Below are positions 14,765 to 29,989 of a DNA stretch of 64,000 bases, piece after piece. Position numbers and translations under genes: made by a program. Numbering within the stretch: position 1 is the first letter of the stretch; each line of letters opens with the position of its first letter. The notes below the pieces were generated by a model. That model did not search any database. It was not told where the DNA came from and worked only from the letters and a program-made list of their open reading frames with translations. The stretch lies in NCBI RefSeq assembly GCF_964355755.1, contig NC_092676.1, positions 15,890,871 to 15,954,870 on the forward strand, in the 5' to 3' direction. This DNA comes from Antedon mediterranea. Its lineage: Eukaryota > Animalia > Echinodermata.

Positions 14765-15870
14765 TACCCGTATAAAAGCCTCGGGCATTTATTTATTCAG
14801 GGAAGGCGTTTATTTTGTTGGGTGTAATAATGGTAACATGTATAATCAAATAAATACACCCCAGATATATATATATAAAAAAAATATATATTATATAATA
14901 AGAATAATAACGGGATTAAACCTCATTCTATCCTGGAGGAAGTACAATCGTAAGTACAAGGTATCGGAGACCACAATAATAGACCAAGTCATTGTCATTA
15001 TTACGTAACACTGTTGCATAATAGTTTTGAATGTCAACGACCAAACTTATACATATACACGTCTGTTCCCAGTGTAGATAATAAAACAATATATATTTCT
15101 GGAGATTTATTATCAATACCACTAGAAACTTTGACATGTTTTAGGTACTGAATGCATTGACAATAAAAGCATCAGAAGTTTATCATGATAAAATCATACT
15201 ACAACACTGTACTACAGTACACAAGGGTGTTTTCAGGAAAGCTGGACATATTGTACAATAGTAATGAAACTATGTATTGGCATTTAAAACTATGCAAAAG
15301 ATTGTTGTCAAATTGTAGTTACAAACAAATAGATGATAGAATGAAGATCCATTATGAGTGCAATCGTGTCAGGATAATGATGTGTCATTGTTTTATATCA
15401 TTATACTGGCACCTGGAGGTGAAGATCCATTTAATGGAATCTATCACTTTTATTTTAAAAGACAGAAACATTTCGTTAAAAAGCATAAAGAGGAATCGAA
15501 TCATGTAAAGTACCTTTTATCAGTTGAGAAACGAAATACAATTAATAATATTAGAGTATTCCTTCAAATAAACGCCACCATTCCCTCAAATAGAACACCA
15601 TGTGGAATAAACATGCCACATGCATTTACACAATAATTGTATCACGTCAACACATTTCATTAACTACCATAATCTACAATTTATCAAGCTTTTTGACATA
15701 ATTTTATCACTTTTTGATATTAATTGTGCAGTATTTTTTCCCATCTAGGTGGTATTTATTTGATTATACATGTTACCATATTATACCCCAAATAAAGATG
15801 CCTCCTTTCCCCCTAAAAACCATTTTGAACAATAAATGCCAGGGGCGTTTAATCGGATACATATGGCAAG
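14765..15870. mobile_element. degenerate TIR element (mariner-like MITE)
   Basis: tacccgtat...gggcatttatt at left versus aataaatgccaggggcgttt...catatggca at right; weak. Confidence 0.35.
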
Positions 15871-16019
15871 TTACTTCTAGCATTCTGAAAAGAACTGTTG
15901 AGCTTAACGTTTCTATCAAAATGTCCTCGGGGACAGCAATAACTAGTACTTGAAATTAAAACAATTTAAAGTATCAGTTATTGCATAACATTACTGTCTA
16001 AGGATAAGTTGTGTAGATA

Positions 16020-16785
16020 TGTTTTGTTTGAGACATTAGTAAGAGTATTTCTGTTCATCTTTTAACCACATTTTCTATTACATTGAATGTAAATATGTAT
16101 ATTTCGAACAATTTGATACCAAATTTAAGTTTCTACGACCGGTACTTTATGAGATATGAAGATGCCCTGGTATGTGGGTCAAAGGTCAGAAATGGCATTT
16201 CTTATCATTTTTGACTAAAATGCCCCATTAGATGGAATATAAATGCATGCCTTCTGAACATTTTGAGACCAAAATTGACTTGCTGCGACCAGTGGTTGCC
16301 GAGATAAAAGTACCTTTTTTATTTGTTCAAATAACCCTTGACCTTGATCCTTTGACCTTTTGTAATATTTTTCAAAATGTGTAACAAATAACAAAACATA
16401 TATTTCGAACAATTTAAAACCAAATTCAAGTGTCTACGACCAGTAGTTACGGAGATACATACATGCCCTGGGTTGTGGGTCAAAGGTCATAAATGGCATT
16501 TCCGGTCATTTTTTACTAAAATGTCCCATTAGACTGAATATAAATGTATACCTTCTGATTAATTTAAGACCAAAATTACCTCGTTGTGACAAGTGGTTGC
16601 TGAGATTTAAGGACATATTTATGTTTGGTCTTATGACCTTTCACCTTGACCTTTTGACCTTTCGCCACATTTTCAAAATGTGTAACCAAGCCAAATATGA
16701 TTGTTTGACCACCCTAAACCAATTTCTGAAGTCAAATTCTCTGGACCTCAAAGTGCATACGAAAGTTGATCTAGCTACTAGAGTA
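16020..16785 (-). mobile_element. non-autonomous interspersed repeat (Helentron/HINE-like), copy 2, inverted
   Basis: Reverse complement of 13838-14560; ends ...aaagttgatctagctactagagta. Confidence 0.75.
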
Positions 16786-17204
16786 ATAAAGGTGATTAAA
16801 TATAACATAACACTAACAGTCAAAAAGATCAGGTATTAACATTAGCAATAAAATATGAACAGTTTGAATAATTCTAGGAATATGCTGACTAATTATGCTG
16901 ATTATTACGCGTTAATCAAATATTTCTGACAAGTGAATTGCAAATTTGCACACGACTGTCAAAATTCGAAAATAAAAATGCATAGTACGTGATCGCAGGA
17001 ACAATAATTTTAGAATTCCAGAGGGACTTAGAATGTTGCATAAGTGTGGCTAATAACAGCGGTATGGAGGCATAAATATAGCTACTTAATCTTTGTACCA
17101 TTACTGCAGTGCTGTACGTCATATTGCATATTAGTAAAACCCTAAAGAGGGCAGCATTGTCATAAAAGATTTTTGTTTAATCTTGTTTATTCAGGCAGAC
17201 TGAA

Positions 17205-17723
17205 TACATAAATGATTCTGTAATTGAACTACAGAAATAATTCTGTAATTACTACTGAAATAATTCTGTAATTGGACTACAGAAATGATTTTCCAATTGG
17301 ACTACAGAAATTATTCTGTAATTGGACTTCAGAAATGATTTTGTAATTGGACTACAGAAATAATTTTGTAATTGGACTACAGAAATAATTCTGTAATTGG
17401 ACAACAGAAATGATTCTGTAATTGGACTACAGAAATGATTTTGTAATTGGACTACAGAAATAATTCTGTAATTGGACAACAAAAATGATTTTGTAATTGG
17501 ACAACAGAAATGATTTTGTAATTGGACAACAGAAATGATTCTGTAATTGGACAACAGAAATGATTCTGTAATTGGACTACAGAAATGATTTTGTAATTGG
17601 ACTACAGAAATAATTCTGTAATTGGACAACAGAAATGATTTTGTAATTGGACAACAGAAATGATTTTGTAATTGGACAACAGAAATGATTCTGTAATTGG
17701 ACAACAGAAATGATTCTGTAATT
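17205..17723. repeat. 25-bp minisatellite, about 20 copies
   Basis: Unit gtaattggac(t/a)acagaaatgatt(c/t)t. Confidence 0.95.
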
Positions 17724-20377
17724 GTTTGTTTGTTTGTTTCTTTATTTCCATTTACAACAAAAAACATAAACATACTTAAATATTCATTACAAAAATGAAA
17801 GAATGGACTACACAAGTGATAATATAATTGGAAATTAATTAGACAAAGATTAGTACAGTACAGTACAGTTTTGTTCCTCTCACTAATGCCAGTCGCATCC
17901 AAGAGGTAGTCTTCTCTAGCATCCAAATATATGCTGGGTCCGACCCTTGACTGGGTTAATTTCTTAGCTTGACTAGGATCGCACTGAAGGAGATTGTGAT
18001 TAGATTTGGCACTTTTTAATGTCAATGGCCCCCACATATATTTGTTGACTTATTCAGACAGTAGATGTATTGTATTGTATGTACCCATATTGTGTAAAGG
18101 ACCAAGTGACAGCCATTGACCCTACGGTTAGTTTGTTCTAAGTCCCTGTCATTGAAAACTCACAACCCACACTGTTCTCGTGAGACAGTCTATTTTTGCT
18201 GCTAACAAACTTACTTTTGAAATAGTGTGTTAAAAAATATAGCTTCGTTTTTGGAGAAAGCAGAAATACAGTACTAATCAAAATGCACACCACATTTATG
18301 GTGACAAAGAAAGATCAAACAAGGAGTCCAGAAACCTCAGACTCAATTGAGAAATTCAATTCACATCCCACTACAGTAATGCAGGGAGAAATTTCATTTA
18401 AAAATTTTGTTTAGCACTATTGCTAATCAAACTGATTTTTAAGTCGAGAAACATAGTTTTGTATTGTGTTTTAAACAAGAAATATTTCTTACAAAAAAAT
18501 GCCGCTTGACTTTTTCTTAATTGATATTCTATTTAATAATTTAAGAAATAATATTTATTATCAATTTTTTTGTTTAACAATCAGTAGTAAACATTTTGTG
18601 TGAAATAAAAATAATCTGAATTAATTATAAAGTATCAAATACATAAATGTTCTAAGCCAAAAATTATCAACTTGATTAAAATGTTATCAATGAGATTAAG
18701 TTTTAAAAAAGTTAAGTTTTTGACCATATAGGAAGTACTGTTTAAATTGATTATTTCTATATACTGTATATGACGGTAAATTTACCCAACATTGACACCA
18801 AAACATAGCCGTAACCTAATTAGAATGAATTTTTTTCAAAATTTGATTGAAATAAAGTAGGTCAACTTCACAACCAGTGTCAAATATAACTATGGCTGTA
18901 ATTTTCCCCTTTTTTTATACTCGAAAACTGGCAAACCTTTAAAAAAAAAAAAGGGTGTACGTGCAATTTTGATGAGATTTACAACAATGGTAATAATCTA
19001 TACACTGTCTGATGCCCTCTTACTGAACCTATCAAATTATACTAAATTTTATGAATAACAAGTAATTTTGACACCCCTTCAGAATTTTTACAAACAACCA
19101 TTAAGACTATGATTACAGAGCGGCAAGTAAAACATTTTACATAAAACATGATATTATATGCTCATTGTTATGAATTTTTTTCTAAACTTTTCACCTTCAC
19201 AACTAATGCGTCAAGGCTAACTAAAAATATTAGAACCGTGTCAAGTAAATTCCAATGTTATAGTATCCAATGAAATATTGAATATTACAGAAAGTTCATT
19301 GTAAAGGACAATTTACAAAGACGAGCAGTAACTGTATGTGGAAGACCGCATGAATGTCCCACGTAGAATCTTTATCTATCTTACTGTAAGAGGTTTCTGC
19401 TCAACTGCCAGTCTGCTTCGCGTTTTGTTCAAATGGTCATAATTATTTTCCGCTTACCATTACTGTACCGTTCATCTGTGTATTTGCCTTAATAATGAAC
19501 TTAGTAATACACTAACCAAGGTATATAATGTATAATGACGTGGTTAAAACCATTTCTTTTAGTGGTGGTTAAAAACAATCTATACCACACCAACTCAAAA
19601 TTTAAATTTGTCAGTATTTCAAAGTAGACATTTTTTCAATCTATGTTACTAACAATAACGATCAGCAATATTTGGAATTGTTTTAAGCAGCTTTTACATT
19701 TTCATGTATTAGGACCTTGTTGTTAATTTGTCAAAGAAATATTAATACGTTCTTTATTCAAATCCAAATTCAGTTTTCTAGTCAAAAAAATAAAAAGTAT
19801 ATTATCAAGGAATACTACGATATATAAATAAATTCTATTAAAAGCATTTATTCAGAGGTCATTCATCTATGGTTGAAAATCGAGATTACTTTTTTCTGGA
19901 GTTATTTCTGGACATCAAATTAGTGTACAGTTAAGTATTTTAGTGGCCGCTAACTATGGCCAATATGCTGTAGGGGCATAGTATTCTTCTGCTTCGGTGA
20001 TCTACAAAAAATCTATGCAGATAAATTTTAATTTCAATTTATAACTACTGAAGTGTAAGAATAGATCATGTAGATTTAGAAAGAGAAGCAGTTTAAAGGT
20101 TTCAAAATTATATTTTGTAAGATTAAAACTTTACTGTACAGTACAGTACCATGAAAACAGATGTTACTGTAACTACTGAACACAATATAATATAATACTG
20201 AAATTGGCTGTGTTGATGTTGCCAATGATGTTATAATTCCCTCATATCATAAACAGGTCTTACTGTAAATCTAGCAATCAAAGTCTACTCTCAAACAAAT
20301 GTTTGTTTGCAAACTTTCTAATTTATTTTTTAGTTTCCATAGTTTACAAATTAAGGTTTGCTACCTGTACAGTATAG

Positions 20378-22040
20378 GGTACAGTAGTGTACTGTAGACT
20401 TCAACCTAAGTTTGCTACAGTAGTGTACTGTAGACTTCAACCTAAGTTCGTTACAGTAGTGTTCTGTAGACTTCAACCTAAGTTTGCTACAGCGTACTGT
20501 AGACTTCAACCTAAGTTTGCTACAGTAGTGTACTGTAGACTTCAACCTAAGTTTGCTACAGTGTACTGTAGACTTCAACCTAAGTTTGCTACAGCGTACT
20601 GTAGACTTCAACCTAAGTTTGCTACAGTGTACTGTAGACTTCAACCTAAGTTTGCTACAGTAGTGTACTGTAGACTTCAACCTAAGTTTGCTACAGTAGT
20701 GTACTGTAGACTTCAACCTAAGTTTGCTACAGTAGTGTACTGTAGACTTCAACCTAAGTTTGCTACAGTGTACTGTAGACTTCAACCTAAGTTTGTTACA
20801 GTAGTGTACTGTAGACTTCAACCTAAGTTTGCTACAGTAGTGTACTGTAGACTTCAACCTAAGTTTGCTACAGTAGTGTACTGTAGACTTCAACCTAAGT
20901 TTGCTACAGTAGTGTACTGTAGACTTCAACCTAAGTTTGCTACAGTGTACTGTAGACTTCAACCTAAGTTTGTTACAGTAGTGTACTGTAGACTTCAACC
21001 TAAGTTTGCTACAGTAGTGTACTGTAGACTTCAACCTAAGTTTGCTACAGTAGTGTACTGTAGACTTCAACCTAAGTTTGCTACAGTAGTGTACTGTAGA
21101 CTTCAACCTAAGTTTGCTACAGTGTACTGTAGACTTCAACCTAAGTTTGTTACAGTAGTGTACTGTAGACTTCAACCTAAGTTTGCTACAGTAGTGTACT
21201 GTAGACTTCAACCTAAGTTTGCTACAGTGTACTGTAGACTTCAACCTAAGTTTGCTACAGTGTACTGTAGACTTCAACCTAAGTTTGCTACAGTAGTGTA
21301 CTGTAGACTTCAACCTAAGTTTGCTACAGTAGTGTACTGTAGACTTCAACCTAAGTTTGCTACAGAGTACTGTAGACTTCAACCTAAGTTTGCTACAGTA
21401 GTGTACTGTAGACTTCAACCTAAGTTTGCTACAGTAGTGTACTGTAGACTTCAACCTAAGTTTGCTACAGTAGTGTACTGTAGACTTCAACCTAAGTTTG
21501 CTACAGTAGTGTACTGTAGACTTCAACCTAAGTTTGCTACAGTGTACTGTAGACTTCAACCTAAGTTTGCTACAGTGTACTGTAGACTTCAACCTAAGTT
21601 TGCTACAGTAGTGTACTGTAGACTTCAACCTAAGTTTGCTACAGTAGTGTACTGTAGACTTCAACCTAAGTTTGCTACAGAGTACTGTAGACTTCAACCT
21701 AAGTTTGCTACAGTAGTGTACTGTAGACTTCAACCTAAGTTTGCTACAGTAGTGTACTGTAGACTTCAACCTAAGTTTGCTACAGAGTACTGTAGACTTC
21801 AACCTAAGTTTGCTACAGTAGTGTACTGTAGACTTCAACCTAAGTTTGCTACAGTAGTGTACTGTAGACTTCAACCTAAGTTTGCTACAGTAGTGTACTG
21901 TAGACTTCAACCTAAGTTTGCTACAGAGTACTGTAGACTTCAACCTAAGTTTGCTACAGTACTGTACTGTAGACTTCAACCTAAGTTTGCTACAGTAGTG
22001 TACTGTAGACTTCAACCTAAGTTTGCTACAGAGTACTGTA
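20378..22040. repeat. 36/33-bp minisatellite, roughly 47 copies
   Basis: Unit tactgtagacttcaacctaagtttgctacag(tag)tg, near-identical copies. Confidence 0.97.
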
Positions 22041-25000
22041 TACTTTTGGCAAACTGCAGAAAACTTTTTTCCAAGCTGGTAAATGTCAGTTGGCATCTAC
22101 AGGTACATGTACAATAAAATCCTAAAAAAAAAAAATCTGGTTTCGTAAAAGTTGACAGAAAACAGAGTAAAAAATAAATAACAACAATGATCATCGATAT
22201 ACAGTAATGTATTACAGTACTAAAGTATATAGCAGACGGTACAATTTGATACAGCACCTGGCCCTAGCAAAAAAACACTACTGTAAAGTGCCCTTGGCTG
22301 GTTAAGTAGGCCCACACTGTAAGCTTGTTATGAGGTGTACTACTAATATAACAAACAAATAAACAAATCACTCAAATCTTCAAACCCCTCAAATTTGTTA
22401 CAAGGTCTACCTTCTCTTGTTTTGTTTTCGGGTCTCTACTTTAAAAATTATTCCTAAATAACAGCCATGGTTTTTTCGCACGTACCATTGATTAAAATCA
22501 TAAGCATTAAACAAATCATATGATTGTATCTAGTTAACAAGGGCATAATCTTGATCAAATCACCAACAATTGACAAAACACATTCTTCTTGCATTAATTC
22601 CTGCTTGAATAACTTCAAAATCGTCACCGCAAAAATGAAACACAAACAAAAACTCAAAGCAAATATGAGTAAACAGATAAGAAACCAGTGAGTGAGTAAA
22701 AACCACATAGTTCTGTTGATTTCATATCTGCAAAATGAAAGTTTTTCAAATATGTGAAAGTAGTTGAACATTTAGGAGCACTGTAGAAAATGTATTAAAC
22801 TCAGGATTTTGAATTTGGGGGGTTAGGATTAAAACTAAACAAAGTGCTGAAACTTTTTATTGACTAGTTTTTATTTAGTTATTTTATAATTGTTCTCCTA
22901 CTTGGGAGAACTGTACAGTATTGTTGAATACTTTCGTATTAAAATTATTCTATGGACCTCACATGTTAGAACTTTACGTTGTAAAAATGTTATCAAAACT
23001 GATATGTCAGAATTGATACAATTTGTATGCTCACGGGTACAGTATGGTATAAGACTAGACGTGTACGCAAGTCATAAGATAATCCATGGTTTAAATTAAC
23101 ATGGTTTCCTTTATAAAATTAGCTAGGGGCGGCTATTTTCGAATTTACAGTCTGTTCTTTTGTAGCCATTTCTTGAAATAAGGCCATCTTGTAATTATTG
23201 TCAGAACTTGATTTCCAATTCCTGAGTTAAATTCTTTCCCGAAAGTCACTCTGGTGGTGTACAGTAAGTTGCATACGCAAAAGCTTACACCAGCCTTATG
23301 CACAAACATATCAAAAGATATTTTTAAAAAGTTACCAAATTTAGCGTTCAAACTTGCTTGTCAAGCCAATCAGTAATGGATGATCATTCTACTGTACCCT
23401 TATTCAAGAGCTATCAACATTCTTCATCATGAGTTCAAGGAAAGCTATTTCATTAAAACCAAAGATGCAAAAAATCTCACTAATTAACCAAAGGATTAGA
23501 GATGGACGAACAAACTGTCATTACTGACAGACAAAATCAAATAATCTCCCCCATTTACAAATCAAACCTCTATTTCATTTATTTTGAGCTTTAAAAAATA
23601 TAGATTTGTGAGGAAATTGATATTTCACATTCAATAAACCAAAGTGTCAAAGTTTATTTTTGTCTACCACTTCAAAAATCCTTTGTACACTTTCTATAGA
23701 AAATTCGGCTTAAGTATAATGTTAGAGTCACGTTCATTATTCATTGACGTCCAGCTACTCGAAATGTACTTAAACAGGATAATAAAAAAAAGACAAAAGA
23801 CTGAAAAAATACCTATGATAGTATCATAATCCTGCGACACCTTGACCTGAAAAACTCATGTTTCACACTTATTTTCATTCATTATTCTTGCTTATTAATT
23901 GTTGGATTATGTATTTAAACTTTCAATGACTATAACTTATATTTTGTGGTTTAATTTTGTCAGTAATGTTTGACGTCATTAATATTGTTTTATTAAAGCA
24001 CATCTAAACAGTAAATTGAGAACTGTAACGGTATTCAGTTTACTCAAACTAAACTGAAAACTTGTTTCAATGGATTTCGACTCTGTAACCTTATGTAATT
24101 CTGTATATCTTGCTTTTGTATTTTACCCTTGGTGTCAAACTGTTTGTATTTTACCCAATTTATCATATTTGTAATGTTTTATATACGCGAGAAGCAAGAT
24201 AATTTTCGAGCCAGAGGAACTTTATATAATGAAGGAATTATATTTCATGTAATGTTGTTACTATAGTTTGTAACACAATGGTGGTACAGTATTTACCATT
24301 TGAATCGTTGAAAACAATTACACACTAATTCTGTATGGGCGTATTTGGTTTATAATTGTTAATTATGCCAACAATGGTGGGTGTGGGCAGGTGTCGCTGC
24401 CATCAGGTAACCACCTTCCCTAACCACCAAGGACTGACACTATCTACAGTATGCAAAATATTTTAATGTTTATCACATTGTTAATTCTCACAGTTAATCA
24501 TAGGGTTTAACTATGCAGTAGATATGAGTAGAATAATGATGAAATATGAATAAAATCATAAAAACAATCTTCGATTGTACATGTGGTACATAAAATAGGC
24601 TAATTCACCTCTTGAGACCCACAACTTATGCCACATACAGTAGCCAGAATGGTATGAAAGTCCTTGAAGTACATGGTACATACAATACCATGACAAATAA
24701 AATCGCTAATTTTTTTTTTCTTTCAAAACTTTCATTTTTAATTATGAATTCTTACAGAAAATTTAAGGTAAACATGTTTAAAATATAGCCCTGCACAGGC
24801 ATTAGAATCTCCATAGAGTGTCTCCATATATGGCCCACTTCATTCATTTATTCAAGGACCACAGTAATTTAATTTCAGGCAGCCTTCCAAATGCATTTAC
24901 TTAGAACTCTATACAGTATTTCATGTATTTATATTTTGAATTGAGAAATATGTTATGTTGTTAAAAGAAATACTTGCTTGTAATTACAAATAGTAATCCG

Positions 25001-25308
25001 AATATGTTCTAATTTTGATGTAGCCCCCCCAAAAAACACATGTTAATCTTGTTGGTTTAGGTTCTATAGTAAACATCCTTGTCTTTTAAATGTCTGTGAG
25101 ACATAAATTAAATAATGTCTCTCCTACAGTAGTAAACTTACTTTGGTTGATTAATTATACTAATCATACATAAATTTACTATATTATTAATACTAAATAG
25201 ATGTTTTTTTTTTGCTCAAATTTGACAGATAGGTTTTGTTAAAAACTAATGTTGTACAAATTCACAGTGACAATACAATGTCACTAAAAACATGAAGCTG
25301 AATCCTAC

Positions 25309-25392
25309 CTCTTTTGACTTCAATTCGCTCAATCTTCTCACCTCATTCAGGGCAACAAATTTACGCATAAGATCCCAAGATACGTCTTGCAT
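25309..25392 (-). CDS. candidate alternative first coding exon (MQDVSWDLMRKFVALNEVRRLSELKSKE)
   Basis: acgATG start, 28 codons, gag|gtagga donor in phase 0. Confidence 0.55.
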
Positions 25393-26126
25393 CGTGATAC
25401 AGTTCAAAGTTCAAATTTCAAAAGAAAATACTAAAAAAGGTATATGCCTACCCATTGGGTTACTACTGCAGCAAAAAACAGGTTTAGCTGTTAGAATAAC
25501 TATAGAATAAGTATAATGATAGTTGCATTAACTGACTTCTTTGGGTTATGGTACAATGAACAAGTTTCCATGCATTGTGGATTGTAAAGTCTTTTATCTC
25601 AACAAAAGGTAGACTCTTCCATTATATTTAAAGGGGTTTAAAAATACAAAGTATCAGTCAATATTGACAGAAATAGGATACCTATCTTGTTTGTAATACA
25701 AACAATTTATTATATACAAATATATATTTAATGATTGAATTTTTAGATAACAGGGCACATTACATAATTGTTTGTAAATTTCTAAACAATTTTGTGTCAT
25801 GGTACTTTCCTTGGATGTATCTCATACACTACAACAGACCCGTGCATTTATTCATTTAATATACTGTGTATATAGCTTGGGTTTTGTGCCATGGTAACCT
25901 TTACAGAATATTAACAAAAACTTAAACTAGAGAAGATTACGATCACAACTATATACATAATACACTATTGTAAAATAAAAGTATGTTTTCCATTAATAAA
26001 TGATTTTTACGGTAATGCATTTGCTAAACTCCTATCTGTCCTAGATTTAATTCAGTCACAGGTACACGTCAGTACAGTCATTTTTAAAAAGTGATGAAAA
26101 AGAGGGTTAAATGGAAATATACTTAA

Positions 26127-26777
26127 AGACCCCTTCCCTGCAATTTTGGACGTTTTTTGGAAAATAATACATATATATCACTTTAAAAACATTAAACCAT
26201 GTCATTCCTTGTCTTAAATGTACGTTTTATGGTAAATTATGATAAAAAGTGAGAAACAATGCACTACCTAAGTAGCTCGCGGCGATCGACCTCTCGTGGA
26301 CGGTCTTAGGCCTAGCCTAGCTAGGCTTAGTTTTGTAGGCCTAGCTGGTAAACATCGATAACGTACGAACATCGTACGCTAGCTATATACCTAGCCTGAC
26401 GTTGTATAGTTGCTGCATTACGGTAATTGTCTTTCTATTTTTGCCAGACTCCAGATACAAATTGGGGAAAACCCGGTATTTTCGCTGAAAAGTTAGGAGT
26501 CTTCCATTTTTTTTGGCTTCACGATCGATCGAAAAGTGGGCGAATTACAGGTGAAAAACAAAAATATCAATCCGGGCGCAATGCATTTTGGGATTTATAG
26601 CGGGCCGCTATAATTATTAGAATCGATTTATTTTTCACATTTTTAACCGTTTAAAGACGAAAAAAGTTATTGCAATAGTATTATTAGTATTATTAGTATT
26701 AATAGTATAGTATTATTTTTACATTAAATATAGTTTGTGATCTTAAATTAGATCTAAAAAACGTAGGCAATGGGGCT
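26127..26777. mobile_element. Kolobok-like non-autonomous DNA transposon
   Basis: ttaa|agacccc ... ggggct|ttaa; a degenerate relative at ~43490-43812 shares gtttaaagacgaaaaaa...gtttgtga(t/c)cttaaatta. Confidence 0.65.
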
Positions 26778-29700
26778 TTAAAGTAAAGACAGCATGCAAA
26801 TCTATGAAACACAAAACATCTGAAGTTTTACATTCCGTAAGGAAAATTTGTTTTTAGAAACATTTTTCCCTAAACTTGAACAAAAAAAAAACAGCTGATT
26901 AAAAATATTGTGTAGATAGGGTTAAGTGTGACTTGATTGACTAGCCTCACCCTGAACTATAATTGTTAAACAGCTAAGCAAGTCAAAAGTAAACATGACT
27001 TAATTAAGTTAAGGGTAATGTTTAACAATCATGCCGAGATAATGTTGAAAAAAAAAAATAAAAATTGTTAGAGAATCATAAGTAGATTTATTAAATCAAA
27101 ATAAATGTGACAAACCCATTTGCAACTGTACTCAAACAAGGTTTTGCACACTATTTAGCTGATGATGAATCTATTCAAATTGACATGCTTACTGCATAAT
27201 AATCTTAGTTTTAATATTAAAATCTTCTTTACATAACCTTCCTCGACCTCCTCCTTCTCCTCCTCCTATCTTTCACTATTATTAATAATATATCAAAAAT
27301 AAAAAACCAATTCCTCATCCTATGGGTTGTGGCGGAGATCTGAACCTGTGAGTTCTCTCTGTGGATGGCACCAGTGACATCATAATGACCATTAGAATTT
27401 TATTTTGGCTGCAATGCTTTCTTTATTTACAATCAAACTGTAAAATCTGGTTTCAAAGAATATTCAAAGTTTTTTTATGGAAATCGTTGTTAATTGCATA
27501 AAGTGTGTATTGTGGTAACACAGAAACAAGATTTATTGGAATATCTTGAATAGAAATAATATTGTACTGGTGGTTCCAAAGCAAGTAGTCAGAAACAACT
27601 ACAGTTGTGTAGTAAGTACTGTATGAACTGATTTAATCATTAAAATACAATTAAAAAACTCAAAGGTGTTTTGTAGTGGTTAAATCTGATACAACACTGT
27701 TGTATTTGAAACAGTAATATTATAATAGAAAACAATGCCATTGTGGCTTTTAAAGTTTGCGTCATTCACAAAAGAATGGCAATGACAGTTTAGAGAAAAA
27801 ATGAACGCTATCATTAAAGTCAACAAATTATAAGAAAACGTCGTAACTGATTTATTTAATTTTCCTTGGAATATTGTTGATGTTAAATGTAAACCATCAT
27901 AAAAAAATACTTGGAACAAATGAAAAACCAGAGAAAAATTATACTAATGCTATATGGATGGGTTAAACATTAAGGTATTATAGATTAGTGAAAGGCATTG
28001 TAAACATTCATTAATAAAATTACAATATTCAACATTTTGTACAACACATTTCTATTAAAAAATCGCTGAAACCTGACATAGCACTATAAGGAGGATATTA
28101 AAGAAGAACTGAATAAAGTTCATGAATCATAGTTTAATGCATTACTTTAATCTGTAATACATACTTTTTCCTTTTTTTACTCATTTTATTATTAAACTTA
28201 AATACCTCAATAAGATCAATACCTGGCTTAATCCAGTTCACACAGAAAACTATTATATACTCTGGACCATAAGCTTAATGTCTAATCAGAAGAGGCTTTA
28301 CCAAGGACACAAGTGTTAAGTTAGAGGATTAGCCAAGTCCCTCTCTTTTAAGTTAATAATCTACAAATGACGTGCATACCTTTCTTATTTAATGCCATAG
28401 TATTATTTTGAATGATAGATCAATGGTAAATAATATTGATCATTACTTCTTTTAGATGGTAATTCACGCCTTACCTTACTTTCAACCCATCATCGATTAA
28501 CTTCAATAACATTGAAAAAAAGTCCTATATGGTGGGTGTTGTCCTAAGTTTTTTTTTCCTTAATTAAAGGTTATATGAAAAAAAATAGTTTTTTTGTTGT
28601 TGAATATATCAATTTAATATCACATATTAATAGTTGTTTACTTTGACTATAAATTGGATTGAATTGAAGACAAAATTATTTATCTGAAAAAAAATTAATT
28701 TAAAGAAAAAAACAGTCTACCGTACCAAAAGGATAGTCAGACAACAGGAGGTTCCTAGTTAAATCACCATTTATTTTGTCTTTTTAAAGTGAATCATCGT
28801 TATTATAGTTCGTTTAAAGTAAATAACTTCTAAATGCCTATTAAAAAATTGATTTTATTCATCTTTATTTTTTCGTGTTTTGGGGGGACAACACATGTTA
28901 AGCAATCTCAACAACACATGTAAATGCTATGGTATTTCATTATAGTACCGTATTTATAGATTTACTATAAAAGTAGCAATGATTAAACAAGAAATATGTC
29001 TGAAAAATATGTTGCTTAACTTTAATTATCAATCCTATAAAAAATGTATGATTACTTACAATATAACATACATTAAAAAAAACAATTTACTTCATATTAT
29101 TGTACTGTATAAACTGTACTTCATTTTTTTCTTTGATTTCTTAACTACAGTATCTAAGCTTTCAACTTTTTTTAAAATTCCAATTTCTAAAATAGGGTCA
29201 TTGAACTGACATGAATGTACAGTAGATTATTTGCACAGTATTCTCAAGGGTTTAATATTCTATTGTAGATGATACAATACAATGGTGAGCTACATCACAT
29301 ACCTTCAGTACAGACTGCTAAAATAAACTGAAACAGAGGGCAGTAATAATAATCATTTATTTGGAAGCTACACTTTTGAAACAGTGGCACACTTCTTGAA
29401 TGAAGGTGCATCCAGAGTAAGTAAAATAAAAGTTAGAGAAAAAAAAAAAATTTAACAATGGAAAACTTAAACTAAATTATAAAGGCCTACAAGTATTATA
29501 AATAACATTCTAAAAATACAATTCAAATCTTTTGGACAAAAGTCTATAAAAAAAATGTAATAACAAGAAAAGAATGTATTGAACACTATATATACTTCGC
29601 TACAATAAAATATTAATACTACATTTTAAGTAAAATTATCCTTGACAGAAATATACACCAAATGAAATGAATATTTATGGGTTATATAGACATAATGTTA

Positions 29701-29989
29701 TAAATCTGTCATAGTATGTTAGACAAGGATCCTATGGTTCTAACTAACAAGGCTTCTATGATTTTACAGGAGAGGTCAATGACCGCTACTCTTAATATTA
29801 ATGTACATCTTGCACTGAATATTAGTGTATGATTAATTCAAGTTTAACATTTTTAATGATTTATATTGTTGTATGAAATTTTAGACTGTGACGGATGATA
29901 AGAAACAAAGAAATTAGACAGAAAGCAGTCTTCAAAATCGATACTCAAGGTCAACAAAATGTATTCATCCTACAAACAAGAGGAGCATT

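Noticed and set aside
17252-18037. 261-aa ORF
   Set aside because: Runs through a 25-bp minisatellite and a probable LINE tail; no protein features
20351-22117. 581-aa and 576-aa ORFs; CRISPR-like 36-bp periodicity
   Set aside because: Pure tandem repeat without unique spacers, no cas genes, eukaryotic context; the ORFs arise because unit lengths are multiples of 3
22411-22771. Another candidate first exon for the RhoGEF-like gene
   Set aside because: The frame that would be phase 0 at the aag|gtagac donor contains a stop 11 codons upstream
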